A stretch of 64,000 nucleotides of DNA. Source: Candidatus Nitrospinota bacterium M3_3B_026 (GTDB lineage Bacteria; Nitrospinota_A; UBA7883; JBPRGF01). The stretch's first letter is position 1. Every line of letters starts with the position of its first letter. The notes beneath the pieces were generated by a model. That model did no database searches, had not been told where the DNA came from, and saw only the letters and a program-made list of their open reading frames with translations. Positions 17,763 through 28,766 of the stretch are shown here, piece after piece. Position numbers and translations under genes: made by a program. The stretch covers positions 172,127 through 236,126 of the forward strand of contig JBPRGF010000023.1 in NCBI GenBank assembly GCA_051418015.1, given 5' to 3'.

Positions 17763-20726
17763 TTGACAGGTAAAACGCAGGGCGGGAAGATGAGAAACGA
17801 CGCGCTGGAAAGAGCCACGGGCGAGATCGGCCGGGAGATATTCTCCCGGATGGAAAAAGAAAAGCCGCGTTTCTGGGAGACCTCCTGGTGGGAGCGGCGA
17901 GTCGTGGAATGGCTCACCTCGGACCCGGAAGTGAAAAGCCGCGTCCTGCGCTTCGTGGACGTCTACCCTTCGCTTAAAAGCGACAGGGCCGTCGCGCGCC
18001 ACATAAAGGAATACCTGCCTGACGCCGCCGCGCGCCTGCCGGAGGGGCTTCGCGTGGGCGGCGCCATAATGAAATCCGCCCTCCACGCGCCCGCCGCCGC
18101 CTCCGCTGCCACCAGGGCGGCCATGTCGAGGATGGCGAAAAAGTTCATCGCCGGCTCGAGCATGGAGGAGATGACGGAGCGGCTGGACATTCTGCTCGAG
18201 GCGGGGATGAGCTACACCGTGGACATCCTCGGCGAGGCGACGCTTTCCGACAGGGAGGCGGACTTCTACGCGGACAGCTACCTGAAGCTCATAACCTATC
18301 TGGCCGCGGGGCGCGCTCCGGGCGACCCGGCGGCGAGCGTCTCCCTGAAGCTTTCATCCCTCGCGCCGCGTTTCGACCCGGCCGCGCCGGAATACGCCAA
18401 GACCGAGGCGCTGCGCCGTCTCCGCCCCATATTGAAAGCCGCCGCAAAGACAGGATCCGGCGTCAACATAGACATGGAGAGTTTCGAGCTTCGCGATCTT
18501 GCGCTGGAAGTTTTCCGGGAAATTCTGAACGACAGCTCCCTTGACGGGTGGGACGGCCTTGGAACGGTGGCCCAGGCGTACCTGAAAGACTCTGAAGAGT
18601 CGCTCGACGGCCTTCTCGGCATGATACGAGACAGCGGCCGCCGCGCCGCCGTCCGGCTCGTCAAGGGCGCATACTGGGACATGGAGGCCGTCATCGCCAG
18701 CCAGAGGCGCTGGCCCCTCCCCACACGGGAGAGCAAGGCCGCCACGGACGCAGCCTTCGAGCGGATGACGCTCAAGCTGCTCGAAAACACCGATCACGTG
18801 ACCGCGGCGGTAGCCTCGCACAACGTCCGCTCCATAGCCCGCGCCGTCGCCGCGGCGCGATGGATGGGAGCGCCCGAGGGGCGGTTCGAGATACAGACCC
18901 TCTACGGCATGGCCGATCCCGTGAAAAAGGCGCTGGTGGAGATGGGCGTCCCCGTCCGGGTGTACGCCCCCTTCGGCGAGATGATCCCCGGCATGGCCTA
19001 CCTTGTAAGGAGGCTTCTCGAAAACTCCTCGAACGAGTCCTTCCTGCGCCGCTCCCTGCTGGAGGAGGCTTCGCCGGAGGAGCTTTTGAGAGATCCGGCG
19101 GAGACCCCGGAGCAAACGGCGGAAAAGGCCGAGGAGGAAAACGAGTCAAAAATATTCGTCAACGAGCCCGCGCCCATGTTCCATGAAAAAAGCTTCAGGG
19201 ACGCCCTTGATGAAACCGTGGAGAAGACCCGCGCCGGGCTGGGAAAGCGTTACCATCCCATCATAGACGGCGAAAGAATCGAAGCGAACGTCTCCTTTTC
19301 CTCCACGGATCCTTCCAATCCTTCCCGGATCGTGGGGATCATATCGAAAGCCGGGGCGGATCTTGCCGAAAGGGCGATGAACACGGCCCTGGCCGCTTTC
19401 GGCTCCTGGGCGGCGCTGCCTGCGGAGAGCCGCTCGGAAAAGCTATTCAAAGCCGCGGCGATCATGAGAGAGCGCAAGCTCGGACTCGCCGCGCTTCAGA
19501 TGTTCGAGGTCGGCAAGACCAGGCAGGAGGCCGTGGCGGACGTGGACGAGGCCATCGACCACGTGATGTTCAACGCGGCCCATGCTCCCGCCCTGTCCAA
19601 GCGGGAGAGGACAAATGACGTCCTGGGCGAGGTGAACACCCTGCGTCACCGTCCCCGCGGCCCGGGAGTGGTGATCGCGCCGTGGAACTTCCCGCTGGCC
19701 ATCCTGGCGGGGATGGCCAGCGCCGCGCTGGCCGCCGGGAACACGGTGGTGGTGAAACCGTCGTCGAACTCCGCGGCGCTGGCTGCTGTGTTCATGGATA
19801 TCCTGCTGGAGGCCGGGGTCAGCCCAGGCGCGGCGGGTTTTCTGCCCGGCCCCGGCCCGATACTCGGCAAGGCGCTGATCTCCCATCCGGCGACATCCTT
19901 CGTCATGTTCACCGGGTCGTGGGAGACGGGCTCGGCCATCGTGGAGGCGGCGGCGGTAAAAAGGGCAGGCAGGCGCGGCTTCATCAAGACCTTCGCAGAG
20001 ATGGGAGGTAAAAACGCCGTAATCGTGGACGGGTCGGCCGACCTGGACGAGGCCGTCGCGGGGGTTGTATCGTCCGCCTTCGGGTTCGGAGGGCAGAAAT
20101 GCTCCGCCTGCTCGAGGGTGATCGCGCTGAATGATGTGTACGGCGATTTCGTGGAAAGACTCGTCGCCGCCGCGGAGAGCCTCGTCGTAGGCCCCCCATC
20201 AGACCCCGCGTCCTTCTACGGGCCGCTGATCGACGAGGCGGCGGTGGAGAAAGCCGGAAAGTACATCAGGATGGGGGAGAAAGAGGCCACGCCCCTGCTG
20301 GTCCGCAAGGATGTTTTCGAGAAGGGGCGCTTTGTCCCCCCCGCCCTGTTCGGCGACGTGGACCCCGCTTCGAGCCTTGCCAGGGACGAAATATTCGGCC
20401 CCGTGCTCTCCGTCATGAGGGCGAAGGATATGAGCCGGGCGATAGAGATCGTCAACGGCTCCGATTACGCCCTTACAGCGGGCCTTTACTCGCGCACGCC
20501 TTCGAGCGTGGAGAAGCTCATGGAAGGAATAGAGGCGGGCAACGTCTACATCAACAGGGGGATCACCGGCGCCGTCGTGGGAAGACAGCCTTTCGGCGGT
20601 TTCAAGAAATCCGGCGCGGGCTCGGCTAAGGCCGGGTCGCTCGCTCTTTTAAAGGAGCTTTCCATCCCCGTGGCGGAGACGGAGAACATCGTCCGCCACG
20701 GCTTTTCGCCGGACATCGGGAGCTGA
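17763..20726 (+). CDS. putA: bifunctional proline dehydrogenase / L-glutamate gamma-semialdehyde (P5C) dehydrogenase, PutA-like
   Basis: 987 aa. N-terminal proline dehydrogenase barrel. C-terminal ALDH domain with catalytic Cys context (FGFGGQKCSACSR) and EMGGKN. Confidence 0.8.
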   Translation: MTGKTQGGKMRNDALERATGEIGREIFSRMEKEKPRFWETSWWERRVVEWLTSDPEVKSRVLRFVDVYPSLKSDRAVARHIKEYLPDAAARLPEGLRVGGAIMKSALHAPAAASAATRAAMSRMAKKFIAGSSMEEMTERLDILLEAGMSYTVDILGEATLSDREADFYADSYLKLITYLAAGRAPGDPAASVSLKLSSLAPRFDPAAPEYAKTEALRRLRPILKAAAKTGSGVNIDMESFELRDLALEVFREILNDSSLDGWDGLGTVAQAYLKDSEESLDGLLGMIRDSGRRAAVRLVKGAYWDMEAVIASQRRWPLPTRESKAATDAAFERMTLKLLENTDHVTAAVASHNVRSIARAVAAARWMGAPEGRFEIQTLYGMADPVKKALVEMGVPVRVYAPFGEMIPGMAYLVRRLLENSSNESFLRRSLLEEASPEELLRDPAETPEQTAEKAEEENESKIFVNEPAPMFHEKSFRDALDETVEKTRAGLGKRYHPIIDGERIEANVSFSSTDPSNPSRIVGIISKAGADLAERAMNTALAAFGSWAALPAESRSEKLFKAAAIMRERKLGLAALQMFEVGKTRQEAVADVDEAIDHVMFNAAHAPALSKRERTNDVLGEVNTLRHRPRGPGVVIAPWNFPLAILAGMASAALAAGNTVVVKPSSNSAALAAVFMDILLEAGVSPGAAGFLPGPGPILGKALISHPATSFVMFTGSWETGSAIVEAAAVKRAGRRGFIKTFAEMGGKNAVIVDGSADLDEAVAGVVSSAFGFGGQKCSACSRVIALNDVYGDFVERLVAAAESLVVGPPSDPASFYGPLIDEAAVEKAGKYIRMGEKEATPLLVRKDVFEKGRFVPPALFGDVDPASSLARDEIFGPVLSVMRAKDMSRAIEIVNGSDYALTAGLYSRTPSSVEKLMEGIEAGNVYINRGITGAVVGRQPFGGFKKSGAGSAKAGSLALLKELSIPVAETENIVRHGFSPDIGS

Positions 20727-20749
20727 CCCCCATCCTTCGGAGAGGACGC

Positions 20750-22012
20750 TCAGGCCTTCTCCAGAACACCGCCCACGGAGACGAAAAGCTCCGGGAATGT
20801 GGGGAAGGTTATGTTCACCGCCTCGGCGGTGTCTATCACCGTCTCCCCCCCCGCCGCCGAGGCGAGAAGCGCAAGGCTCATCACCACCCTGTGGTCGCCG
20901 TGGCCTGTGACCTGCGCGCCGCTCGGCTCGCCGCCGTGTATGATGAGCGCGTCCGGCTCCTCCTCGCATCTGATCCCCATCTTCGCAAGCTCCCCGGCCA
21001 TGACGGCTATGCGATCGGTCTCCTTTATCCTCGCCTGGGGGACGGCGCCGAGCCTCGTCGTCCCCTCCGCCAGCGCCGCCAGGGCGGCCATGGCGGGAAG
21101 GGCGTCCGGCGTGGCGTTCAGGTCAAGCTCCACCCCGGCTAGCTCCGCGCCCGTCACCGTGACGCGGTCATCCCCAACCGTGACACGCGCCCCCATCTGT
21201 TCAAGATAGCCGAAGACGGCCTTGTCGCCCTGCGGGTCGTTCATATCAAGCCCCAGCAATGTCACCTCGTTGCCCGGGATCGCGCCCATGCAGGCGAAGA
21301 AGGTCGCCGAGGAAAAATCGCCCGGAATCGTCTCCTCGAAGGGCCTGTAGCCCTGCCCTCCGCGGGTTCTGAAAAGCTCGTAGCCCTCTCTTTCGTACTC
21401 GATCCCCATCTTGTCAAGCCACGCCAGGGTCATGTCCGCGTAGGGTTTTTCGTTGAGGCGGGCGAGCATCAGGGTTGTGTCTTCCGGCGCGAGGGGGGTA
21501 TGGACAAGGAGGCTTGAAAGATACTGAGACGTGGCGCCGTCCACCTTCGTCTTCCCGCCTTTTAGCGGCCCCGTGACCGTGGCCGGCAACTTTCCGTTCG
21601 CGCTCTCGGTCCTCGCGCCCAGATTTGACAGCGCCTCCAGCAACGGCCCCATCGGGCGGGCGCTGGTGCTCCTGTCACCGGTGATGGTTATGGGTACGCT
21701 GCCAAGCGACGCCATGGAAAGGATGAACCGGGCCGTCGTGCCGGAGTTGCCGACGTCCACCGGCGCGCCGGGCGCCGTGATCCTGCCTCCCGTCCCCCGT
21801 ATCCTCCAGGCGTCCGCGGCCGCCTCCGCCTCCGCCCCGAGAGCGGACACAGCCGTCAGGGCCGACCGGCCGTCGCTGGATTCCAGCGGGTTCCTTATCG
21901 TGGAGACGCCCCCGGCCAGCGCGGCTATGAAGACGGCGCGGATCGTGTGCGACTTCGACGCCGGTATACGCGCCTCGCCACGGATACGCGAAGGTTTTAC
22001 AGCGAATCTCAT
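20750..22012 (-). CDS. aroA: 3-phosphoshikimate 1-carboxyvinyltransferase (EPSP synthase)
   Basis: PASKSHTIRA motif. The likely start is MRFAVKPS at 22012. The ORF call extends to 22042. Confidence 0.85.
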   Translation of the reverse strand: MRFAVKPSRIRGEARIPASKSHTIRAVFIAALAGGVSTIRNPLESSDGRSALTAVSALGAEAEAAADAWRIRGTGGRITAPGAPVDVGNSGTTARFILSMASLGSVPITITGDRSTSARPMGPLLEALSNLGARTESANGKLPATVTGPLKGGKTKVDGATSQYLSSLLVHTPLAPEDTTLMLARLNEKPYADMTLAWLDKMGIEYEREGYELFRTRGGQGYRPFEETIPGDFSSATFFACMGAIPGNEVTLLGLDMNDPQGDKAVFGYLEQMGARVTVGDDRVTVTGAELAGVELDLNATPDALPAMAALAALAEGTTRLGAVPQARIKETDRIAVMAGELAKMGIRCEEEPDALIIHGGEPSGAQVTGHGDHRVVMSLALLASAAGGETVIDTAEAVNITFPTFPELFVSVGGVLEKA

Positions 22013-22029
22013 CCCGCCGCCCTTCCGCG

Positions 22030-22800
22030 TCAGAGCCCCCATCCCCGGATATCGTCGAGAAGGTCGTAACGGGTGAGGTCGAAGTGTATCGGCGTGACGG
22101 TGACGTACCCCTGCTCCAGCAGGACGATGTCCGCGTCGTTGTCCTCGTCGTCCACGACCATGTCGCCGCCCTGCCAGTAGTAGTCATGCTGGCGCAGGTC
22201 CACTCTCTTTTCGAACACCTCCAGGAACTTGCTCGACCCCATGCGGCAGACGGCGACGCCCTTGATCTCGTCCGCGCCGAGGGGGGGGACGTTGACGTTG
22301 AGCAGGACCCCTTTCGGCAGGCCCTTCTCCGCGACTTTCCGGGCTATCCGCGCGCCGTAGTCCGCCGCGGTTGAAAAATCCCCGCTGGAAAAGGAGGCCA
22401 GGGAGACGGCGACCGACGGGATACCGAGGATCATCCCCTCCGTTGCGGCGGAGACGGTGCCCGAGTATATGACGTTCGTGGCCACGTTGGGGCCCTGGTT
22501 CACTCCGGAGACCACCACGTCCGGCCTGTGTTTCAATATGGCGCGGACGGCGATCTTCACGCAGTCGGCCGGGGTGCCGTTCACGGCTATACCGAAAAGC
22601 GACCCGTTCCTGTTCACGTTCCGAACGCGCAGCGGGTCCGTGATGGTGATGGCGTGCCCCACGGCGGACATCTCCATCTCCGGCGCCACGACGTCCACCT
22701 GGGTCTCTTCAGCGAAGGCGCCGCGCATCGCCTTCAGGCCCCTGGCGTTTATTCCATCGTCGTTCGTAAGCAGTACTTTCAAATCACTCTCCACGTTCAA
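22030..22800 (-). CDS. surE: 5'/3'-nucleotidase SurE
   Basis: VLLTNDDGINARGL N-terminal motif. Confidence 0.9.
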   Translation of the reverse strand: MNVESDLKVLLTNDDGINARGLKAMRGAFAEETQVDVVAPEMEMSAVGHAITITDPLRVRNVNRNGSLFGIAVNGTPADCVKIAVRAILKHRPDVVVSGVNQGPNVATNVIYSGTVSAATEGMILGIPSVAVSLASFSSGDFSTAADYGARIARKVAEKGLPKGVLLNVNVPPLGADEIKGVAVCRMGSSKFLEVFEKRVDLRQHDYYWQGGDMVVDDEDNDADIVLLEQGYVTVTPIHFDLTRYDLLDDIRGWGL

Positions 22801-22834
22801 AAAAAGGCTCCAGCCTCGAGGTGAATTTTAGAGT

Positions 22835-23686
22835 TTATCGCAAAGCGGCGGACCCTATCCACAACACGCCGGATTTCCCGTCCGTCAAGTCATGCGGACG
22901 CAGGTAGAAATTCATCGCCTCGATCTTCTCCGGGTACGCCCATTTCTCCGGGAAGACATACCCTTTCCCGGCCAGGTTGTAAAACCACATCTCGAAATCC
23001 GTGAAGGGGATGGTTATCCGGCTCCACTCACCCTTCGGATCAAGGCCGTTGACGGTCCAACCGACGGTCCCCTTTCCCCTGGACGTCATGACGCTCAGGC
23101 TGAAACTTTCCAGGCCCTCGCTTTTCACGGCCAGCTCCATGCCCTTCATGCCAGCGGCGCTGACGGGCTCCGGAAACTCGACAAGCCCCGCCGCGAACCT
23201 CTCGCCTCCCCCGCCAAGGCCGGCCACGGAGAGCCTGGCGGAGACCGGGACGGGTTCTTCCTCCGTCTTCACTATCTCGAAGGCCGCCTTTGCGCCGGGG
23301 GAGCTTTTGAGTCTTGTCATGGAGGCCTGCCGCTCGGACGAGAAGTCCAGAAAGATCACCGGCGTGTCCGAAAGAGGGGGCGGCTCAGGCTTGGAGGCGC
23401 GTTGCCTGGCCCTTGCGAGCCTGGCCTCCCGCTCGCGCTCCATGGCCTTTTCTTTTTCCGACAGGCCGCTGAAAAGACCGCCCGAGCCTTCCAGCTCCTT
23501 CAATAGCATCTTCGCGGCCTTTTTCGTCTCCTCGATCACCCTCGTCGCCGCTCCCATCCCGCGGCCTGTCTCGATAGACGCGACGAAGGAATAGACCCCA
23601 AACAGAAACACGGCCACGAAGACAAAAAAGGCTATGGGGATGTAATTCAGATAAGCGGGTGGGCCTTGTTTTTTCACCGCTTTCAA
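22835..23686 (-). CDS. hypothetical membrane-anchored protein
   Basis: 283 aa. N-terminal TM helix, a charged coiled segment, and a C-terminal beta-rich domain. No family recognised. Confidence 0.45.
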   Translation of the reverse strand: MKAVKKQGPPAYLNYIPIAFFVFVAVFLFGVYSFVASIETGRGMGAATRVIEETKKAAKMLLKELEGSGGLFSGLSEKEKAMEREREARLARARQRASKPEPPPLSDTPVIFLDFSSERQASMTRLKSSPGAKAAFEIVKTEEEPVPVSARLSVAGLGGGGERFAAGLVEFPEPVSAAGMKGMELAVKSEGLESFSLSVMTSRGKGTVGWTVNGLDPKGEWSRITIPFTDFEMWFYNLAGKGYVFPEKWAYPEKIEAMNFYLRPHDLTDGKSGVLWIGSAALR

Positions 23687-23757
23687 CGATCTTCAGGTTT
23701 TCGTCCCGCCATGGCGGCGGATCCGGCGGCAGGGCCGCGCGGCGCTCCGTGAAAACT

Positions 23758-25677
23758 TCAGGACCCGCCGACGCTCTCCCTGGAGCCGCGCTCCCCGCGC
23801 TCCAGCGCCACGCCCTCGTCCTCCTTCTCGCCTTTGCCGGAAGAGGCCGCGGCGCGCGCGGCTTCATCCCCGGTCTTCTCTTTGGAGGTTTTGCGCTCGT
23901 CCACCATCTTCTGGATTTCCGATCCGTCGACGACCTCGTTCTCCAGCAGAAGCTCCATCACCTCGTCCAGGACGTCCCTGTACTCGATGAGCAGGCTTTT
24001 GGCCGTGTTGTAGGCCTCATAGACGAGCTTTTTGACCTCCTTGTCTATCTCGATGGCCGTGTGTTCGCTGTAGTCGCGGTGCTGGGCGATCTCGCGGCCG
24101 AGGAAAATCTGCTCCTCCTTCTGGCCGAAGGCTATGGGCCCGAGCTTGTCGCTCATCCCCCACTCGCACACCATCTTGCGCGCGAGGTTGCTCACCCGCT
24201 CGATGTCATTGGTGGCGCCAGTCGTGAGCTGGTCCAGCACAAGCTCCTCAGCCGCGCGGCCGCCCATCAGTATCTTCAGCTGGTTGACCAGGTAGCTTTT
24301 GGGGTGCGTGTGCTTTTCGTCCACCGGCAGCTGCTGGGTCACGCCGAGAGCCCTGCCACGGGGGATTATGCTCACCTTGTGTATGGGGTCCGTCCCCGGC
24401 AGCAGGGACGCCACCAGGGCATGGCCGGCCTCGTGGACGGCGGTGGTTTTCTTCTCCTCGTCGCTTATTATCATGGAGCGGCGCTCCGCCCCCATCATCA
24501 CCTTGTCCTTGGCCTGCTCGAAATGGCGCATACCGACCTTGTCCGCGTCCTCCCTGGCCGCCAGCAGCGCCGCCTCGTTGGTCAGGTTGGCAAGGTCCGC
24601 CCCCGTGAAGCCGGGAGTGCCGCGGGCGAGGACGCGGATATTCACGTCGTCCTCGAGGGGCAGGTTGCGGGTGTGCACCTTGAGTATCGCCTCCCGGCCG
24701 CCTATGTCCGGCCGGGGGACGACTATCTGCCTGTCGAACCTGCCGGGGCGCAGAAGCGCCGGGTCCAGCACGTCGGGCCTGTTCGTGGCGGCGATGACGA
24801 TGGCGCCCTCGTTGCCCTCGAACCCGTCCATCTCCACCAGCAGGGCGTTCAGCGTTTGCTCCCGCTCATCGTGGCCGCCTCCGAGGCCCGCGCCGCGATG
24901 CCGCCCCACGGCGTCTATCTCATCGACGAAGATAATGCACGGGGCGCTCTTTTTAGCCTGCTCGAAAAGGTCTCGCACGCGGGAGGCGCCGACGCCGACG
25001 AACATCTCCACGAAGTCAGAGCCGGATATGGAAAAGAACGGCACGCCGGCCTCGCCGGCTATGGCGCGGGCCAGCAGGGTCTTGCCGGTCCCCGGAGGGC
25101 CCATCAGCAGAACGCCTTTGGGTATCTTGCCGCCGAGTTTCTGGAACTTCTGGGGGTCCTTCAGAAACTCGATAATCTCCTGCAGGTCGTCCTTGGCCTC
25201 CTCCACGCCGGCCACGTCTTTGAAAGTGGCTTTCTGGTTCGTGTCAGAGACGAGCCTGGCCTTGCTCTTGCCGAAAGACAGCGCCCGCGTCCCGCCGTTT
25301 TGCATCTGGCGCATGAAAAATATCCAGATGGCTATCAGCAGGATCATCGGGAACCAGGAGATCAGGACGCTGAGGTACCACGGCGTCTGCTCCTGGGGGC
25401 GGACGGTCACCTTGACCTCGGCCTCCCGGAGGTCCTGGAAAAGCTCCGGGTAATCCATGATGTAGACCCGGAAATTCCTGCCGTCCACGAACTTTCCGAG
25501 GGCCGTGTTGCCCTGGATGATTACTTCGCCTATCTTTCCGTTCTCCACCGAGTTTATGAACTCGGTGAAAGTTATCTCGGAACCCGCCGGCCTGGTCTGG
25601 CTGAACATGTTGAACAGGGCTATCATCACGAGCCCCACGACCAGCCAGAGGGCTATGTTTTTGTAAAACTGGTTCAA
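23758..25677 (-). CDS. ftsH: ATP-dependent zinc metalloprotease FtsH
   Basis: Two N-terminal TM helices. AAA Walker A GPPGTGKT and the SRH motif. Zn site HEAGHA. Confidence 0.95.
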   Translation of the reverse strand: MNQFYKNIALWLVVGLVMIALFNMFSQTRPAGSEITFTEFINSVENGKIGEVIIQGNTALGKFVDGRNFRVYIMDYPELFQDLREAEVKVTVRPQEQTPWYLSVLISWFPMILLIAIWIFFMRQMQNGGTRALSFGKSKARLVSDTNQKATFKDVAGVEEAKDDLQEIIEFLKDPQKFQKLGGKIPKGVLLMGPPGTGKTLLARAIAGEAGVPFFSISGSDFVEMFVGVGASRVRDLFEQAKKSAPCIIFVDEIDAVGRHRGAGLGGGHDEREQTLNALLVEMDGFEGNEGAIVIAATNRPDVLDPALLRPGRFDRQIVVPRPDIGGREAILKVHTRNLPLEDDVNIRVLARGTPGFTGADLANLTNEAALLAAREDADKVGMRHFEQAKDKVMMGAERRSMIISDEEKKTTAVHEAGHALVASLLPGTDPIHKVSIIPRGRALGVTQQLPVDEKHTHPKSYLVNQLKILMGGRAAEELVLDQLTTGATNDIERVSNLARKMVCEWGMSDKLGPIAFGQKEEQIFLGREIAQHRDYSEHTAIEIDKEVKKLVYEAYNTAKSLLIEYRDVLDEVMELLLENEVVDGSEIQKMVDERKTSKEKTGDEAARAAASSGKGEKEDEGVALERGERGSRESVGGS

Positions 25678-25832
25678 ACCTGCTCTCCCGGTTGGATCAA
25701 CGATCTAATGGGTCTTACTTGAGACTCAATGCATCTACATTAACATGCGTGGCGGCGCGCCTCAATCTATTTCAAGCCCGCGGCGGCGTGTCCCTCAGGG
25801 GCTGGATGAGACGAACGGGGAAATCCCGGCCG

Positions 25833-26249
25833 CTACCGTTTTTCAGCCCCGGCGCCCTCCTCCGTGGAGGGCGGAGCGGGGGGCAGGGTCCTGGAGAAAG
25901 TCTCCGCGGCGATGGGAAGAGAGGCCGCGGGCTCTTCCCCGGGAACGGGGTAGACGCCGGGCTCATCCGGGAGGGGTTTTTGTTTCAGCTCGGTAAGCTC
26001 TTTTTCCAGACGGGAGACCTTCCTTGAAAGCCTCCAGTTTCTGCCCTTTTCCCTCAACGAAGAGACAGCCCACCCCAGCCCCGCAAGCAGAGCCCCCGCG
26101 CCGAAGGAAGCCAGGATGGCGACCCACAGCCTGACGGTGTACTCGTACCCGAAAAAGTAGGATATATCCACCATCCCCTGGTTCTTTACGGCGAAGGTGA
26201 CCAGGAAGAAAACGATTATAAGGCCGAGTACAAGTTTGACCGCCAACAT
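25833..26249 (-). CDS. LapA/DUF1049-like small inner-membrane protein
   Basis: 138 aa. Two N-terminal TM helices, then a coiled segment (RLEKELTELKQ). Lies immediately upstream of ftsH. Confidence 0.4.
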   Translation of the reverse strand: MLAVKLVLGLIIVFFLVTFAVKNQGMVDISYFFGYEYTVRLWVAILASFGAGALLAGLGWAVSSLREKGRNWRLSRKVSRLEKELTELKQKPLPDEPGVYPVPGEEPAASLPIAAETFSRTLPPAPPSTEEGAGAEKR

Positions 26250-26255
26250 GGGCTT

Positions 26256-26759
26256 TTACTCTTCCCCCCGCGGTTTGTCATCATCGCCCCGGCCGCTCTC
26301 CCCGCCGGACCGGGGAGAGGGTTCGCCGCCCGCCGCGGCTTCGTCCGCCTTTTTCCCTTCACCGCCCGCCGGCTTCTGAAAAGAGCTGGCGCCGCTGGCC
26401 CCGGCGGATGACGCGGCGGCCTTCTCTCGCCTGGCGGACCTGAGCTTTTGCCGGTATTCTTCCCTTTCGCGCCGGGCCTCGGCTTTCCGCTGGTCGATGG
26501 CCTCCTCGGCCTTCGATATCTCATCCCCGGCCGAGCGCGTCTCCTCGACAAGTCTTTTGACCTTTTCGTCCTCCCAGGCGGGTTTCCCTTCAGCGATGTT
26601 CCTGTATACGGCCTCCCCAAGCTTGGTCAGCAGGCCGTTTCTTTTGTTGGAGAAGCCTATTATCCTGAGTTTCAGCCTCATGATCTCGATGAAGTGGGAC
26701 GTCTGCCGCCATGCGGCCCTCAGGGTATCCTTCAAAACCTCAAGAAAGCTCATATACAA
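26256..26759 (-). CDS. hypothetical coiled-coil protein
   Basis: 167 aa, charged helical protein with a Gly/Glu-rich tail. Confidence 0.4.
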   Translation of the reverse strand: MYMSFLEVLKDTLRAAWRQTSHFIEIMRLKLRIIGFSNKRNGLLTKLGEAVYRNIAEGKPAWEDEKVKRLVEETRSAGDEISKAEEAIDQRKAEARREREEYRQKLRSARREKAAASSAGASGASSFQKPAGGEGKKADEAAAGGEPSPRSGGESGRGDDDKPRGEE

Positions 26760-26774
26760 AAATCCCCGCCTCGT

Positions 26775-27686
26775 TTAAAGCCCCGTTCCCCTCTCTTCGG
26801 ACTCGATCGGCTGAGTCTCTATGTCAAGCGGGGAAAGGGGCTCCATGATGTCCCCGTCGCTTTCTCCCTCCTCGGGCGTCCCGGCCTCCGCGTCCATCGG
26901 CTCTTCCATTCCGGCCGGGCTCTGCTCTTCCTCCAGCCCCGTAACGGGCTCATCCACACCGATCTCCTCTTCTTCGGGAAGGTATTCTCCCACGTCCCCG
27001 GGCTCGGGGGCGCCGGGCCCTTCCTCCATGACCACGGCTGGCTCTTCGGTCTCCACGGGCTCCTCCATCAGCGGCGATTCTTCTTCGGCTCCAGGGGCCA
27101 GGGCGTCGGCGCCAGGCGCCACGAATATCCCCGCCCTTCCCTCTTCCGGGGCTCGCTTCCCGGCGTCCGACCCGAGGACAGCGAGAAGCCCGAGCGTCTC
27201 ATCCTTCAACTCGCGGGCCCTTTCGGCCGCCTCCGGCCCCCCCAGCGCGATCGCCTCGTCAAGGGCGTTCAGGGTTTGCCTCAGCTCGGCCCGGGCGGCG
27301 GCGGCGCTGGCCGCCCTGCCCTCCTCCCGTTGCGCTCGAAGCTGGCCGGACAGTTTCCTCACGGCGGCGTTCAGCCTCTCCATCTCGCCGGACACGTCAC
27401 CCGCGACCTTCCACGCCATGAAACCCACGGCAAGGACCGCCGCCAGCGAGACAACGGCCGCCACGTTGGCCAATGAGAGAATGGCCCTCGAAGAGCGTTC
27501 CCGGCCCCTATCTTCCTCCTCGAAGCCGTAGTCATATGGTGAACGGCCGCTTTCCACGTAGTCGGCCATTCTCCTCCTGGCGTCGCCTGCGCGCCCGGCG
27601 CTTTCCCTGGACTCCGGCGGCGCCGGGGCGTCCGGATTGGGAGGACGGTCTTCCCCGGACGAGGAGCCTTCGTTTTTCTCCGTCAT
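26775..27686 (-). CDS. hypothetical acidic membrane-anchored protein
   Basis: 303 aa. A central TM helix, with a very acidic Glu/Pro-rich C-terminus. Confidence 0.4.
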   Translation of the reverse strand: MTEKNEGSSSGEDRPPNPDAPAPPESRESAGRAGDARRRMADYVESGRSPYDYGFEEEDRGRERSSRAILSLANVAAVVSLAAVLAVGFMAWKVAGDVSGEMERLNAAVRKLSGQLRAQREEGRAASAAAARAELRQTLNALDEAIALGGPEAAERARELKDETLGLLAVLGSDAGKRAPEEGRAGIFVAPGADALAPGAEEESPLMEEPVETEEPAVVMEEGPGAPEPGDVGEYLPEEEEIGVDEPVTGLEEEQSPAGMEEPMDAEAGTPEEGESDGDIMEPLSPLDIETQPIESEERGTGL

Positions 27687-27726
27687 CTAAATAGCCCCGT
27701 AGGATTCAACAGAAAATTTGACCTCG

Positions 27727-27756
27727 CGCCCGTTATCCGCATAATATCTTCTCTCG
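27727..27756 (+). promoter_or_regulatory. candidate sigma70-type promoter upstream of folD
   Basis: TTGACC, then an 18-nt spacer, then TAATAT. Lies about 140 nt upstream of the folD ATG in a divergent intergenic region. Confidence 0.3.
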
Positions 27757-27895
27757 GCGGGGACATTTGCAAATCTTCCCGGCTTTTGCGCGCGCGGCCG
27801 TGGCTTTTTAATTATGGAAAAATCGTACTTGAGCTTCCCTTGAGCGTCAAGACCAATTAAGGTTCCAGGTTTTACAAGAGGAGATTGAACGAGTA

Positions 27896-28753
27896 ATGAC
27901 GGTAAAGATAGACGGCAGGGAGGTGGCGGCCTCCATTCGCGAAGAGATCAAAAAGGAGACCTGGCACATAGAGAAGGAGAAGGGCGAGCGCCCCGGCCTC
28001 GCCGTCATCCTCGTGGGCGACGACCCGGCCTCGCAGGTCTACGTCCGCCTGAAGAAAAAGGGATGCGAGGAGGTGGGGATCACATCCTACCAGCATATCC
28101 TCCCGGCGGACACGGGGATGGAGGAGCTGCTAGCCCTGATCGACAGGCTGAACACGGATCCCAAGGTGAACGGGATACTGGTCCAGTTGCCGTTGCCGGA
28201 TCATATGGATAAAAGCGTCGTCCTGGACAGGATCCACCCGGACAAGGACGTGGACGGCTTTCATCCGGTGAACGTGGGGCTGCTGTCGCACAAGCTGGCC
28301 AAACTCATGCCCTGTACGCCGTCGGGCTGCATGGAGCTTCTCGACCGGAGCCACATCCCCATCGAGGGCGCCCACGCGGTGGTGGCGGGCAGGTCTGACA
28401 TCGTGGGCAAGCCGGTGGCCATGATGCTGTTGCACAGGAACGCCACGGTCACCATCTGCCACTCCAGAACAAAAGACCTCAAGGCGATAACCTCCCAGGC
28501 GGACATACTCGTCGCCGCCATCGGCAGGCCGGGGACGATCACCGCGGACATGGTGAAGGAGGGGGCGGCCGTAATAGACGTCGGCGTCAACAAGGTGGAC
28601 AACAAGATAGTGGGCGACGTGGACTATGACGGCGTCTTCGGCAAGGCTGGGTGGATAACCCCCGTGCCCGGCGGCGTCGGGCCGATGACTATCGCCATGC
28701 TGCTTTACAACACGATGCTCGCCTACAAAATCCAGCGCGGGCTGGTGGTCTAG
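27896..28753 (+). CDS. folD: bifunctional methylene-THF dehydrogenase / methenyl-THF cyclohydrolase
   Basis: 285 aa with FolD motifs (LAVILVGDDPASQVYV, GILVQLPLP, GGVGPMT). Confidence 0.9.
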   Translation: MTVKIDGREVAASIREEIKKETWHIEKEKGERPGLAVILVGDDPASQVYVRLKKKGCEEVGITSYQHILPADTGMEELLALIDRLNTDPKVNGILVQLPLPDHMDKSVVLDRIHPDKDVDGFHPVNVGLLSHKLAKLMPCTPSGCMELLDRSHIPIEGAHAVVAGRSDIVGKPVAMMLLHRNATVTICHSRTKDLKAITSQADILVAAIGRPGTITADMVKEGAAVIDVGVNKVDNKIVGDVDYDGVFGKAGWITPVPGGVGPMTIAMLLYNTMLAYKIQRGLVV

Positions 28754-28766
28754 AAACCAGCGAGCC

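Noticed and set aside
23659-25722. 687-aa + strand ORF
   Set aside because: It is antisense to ftsH.
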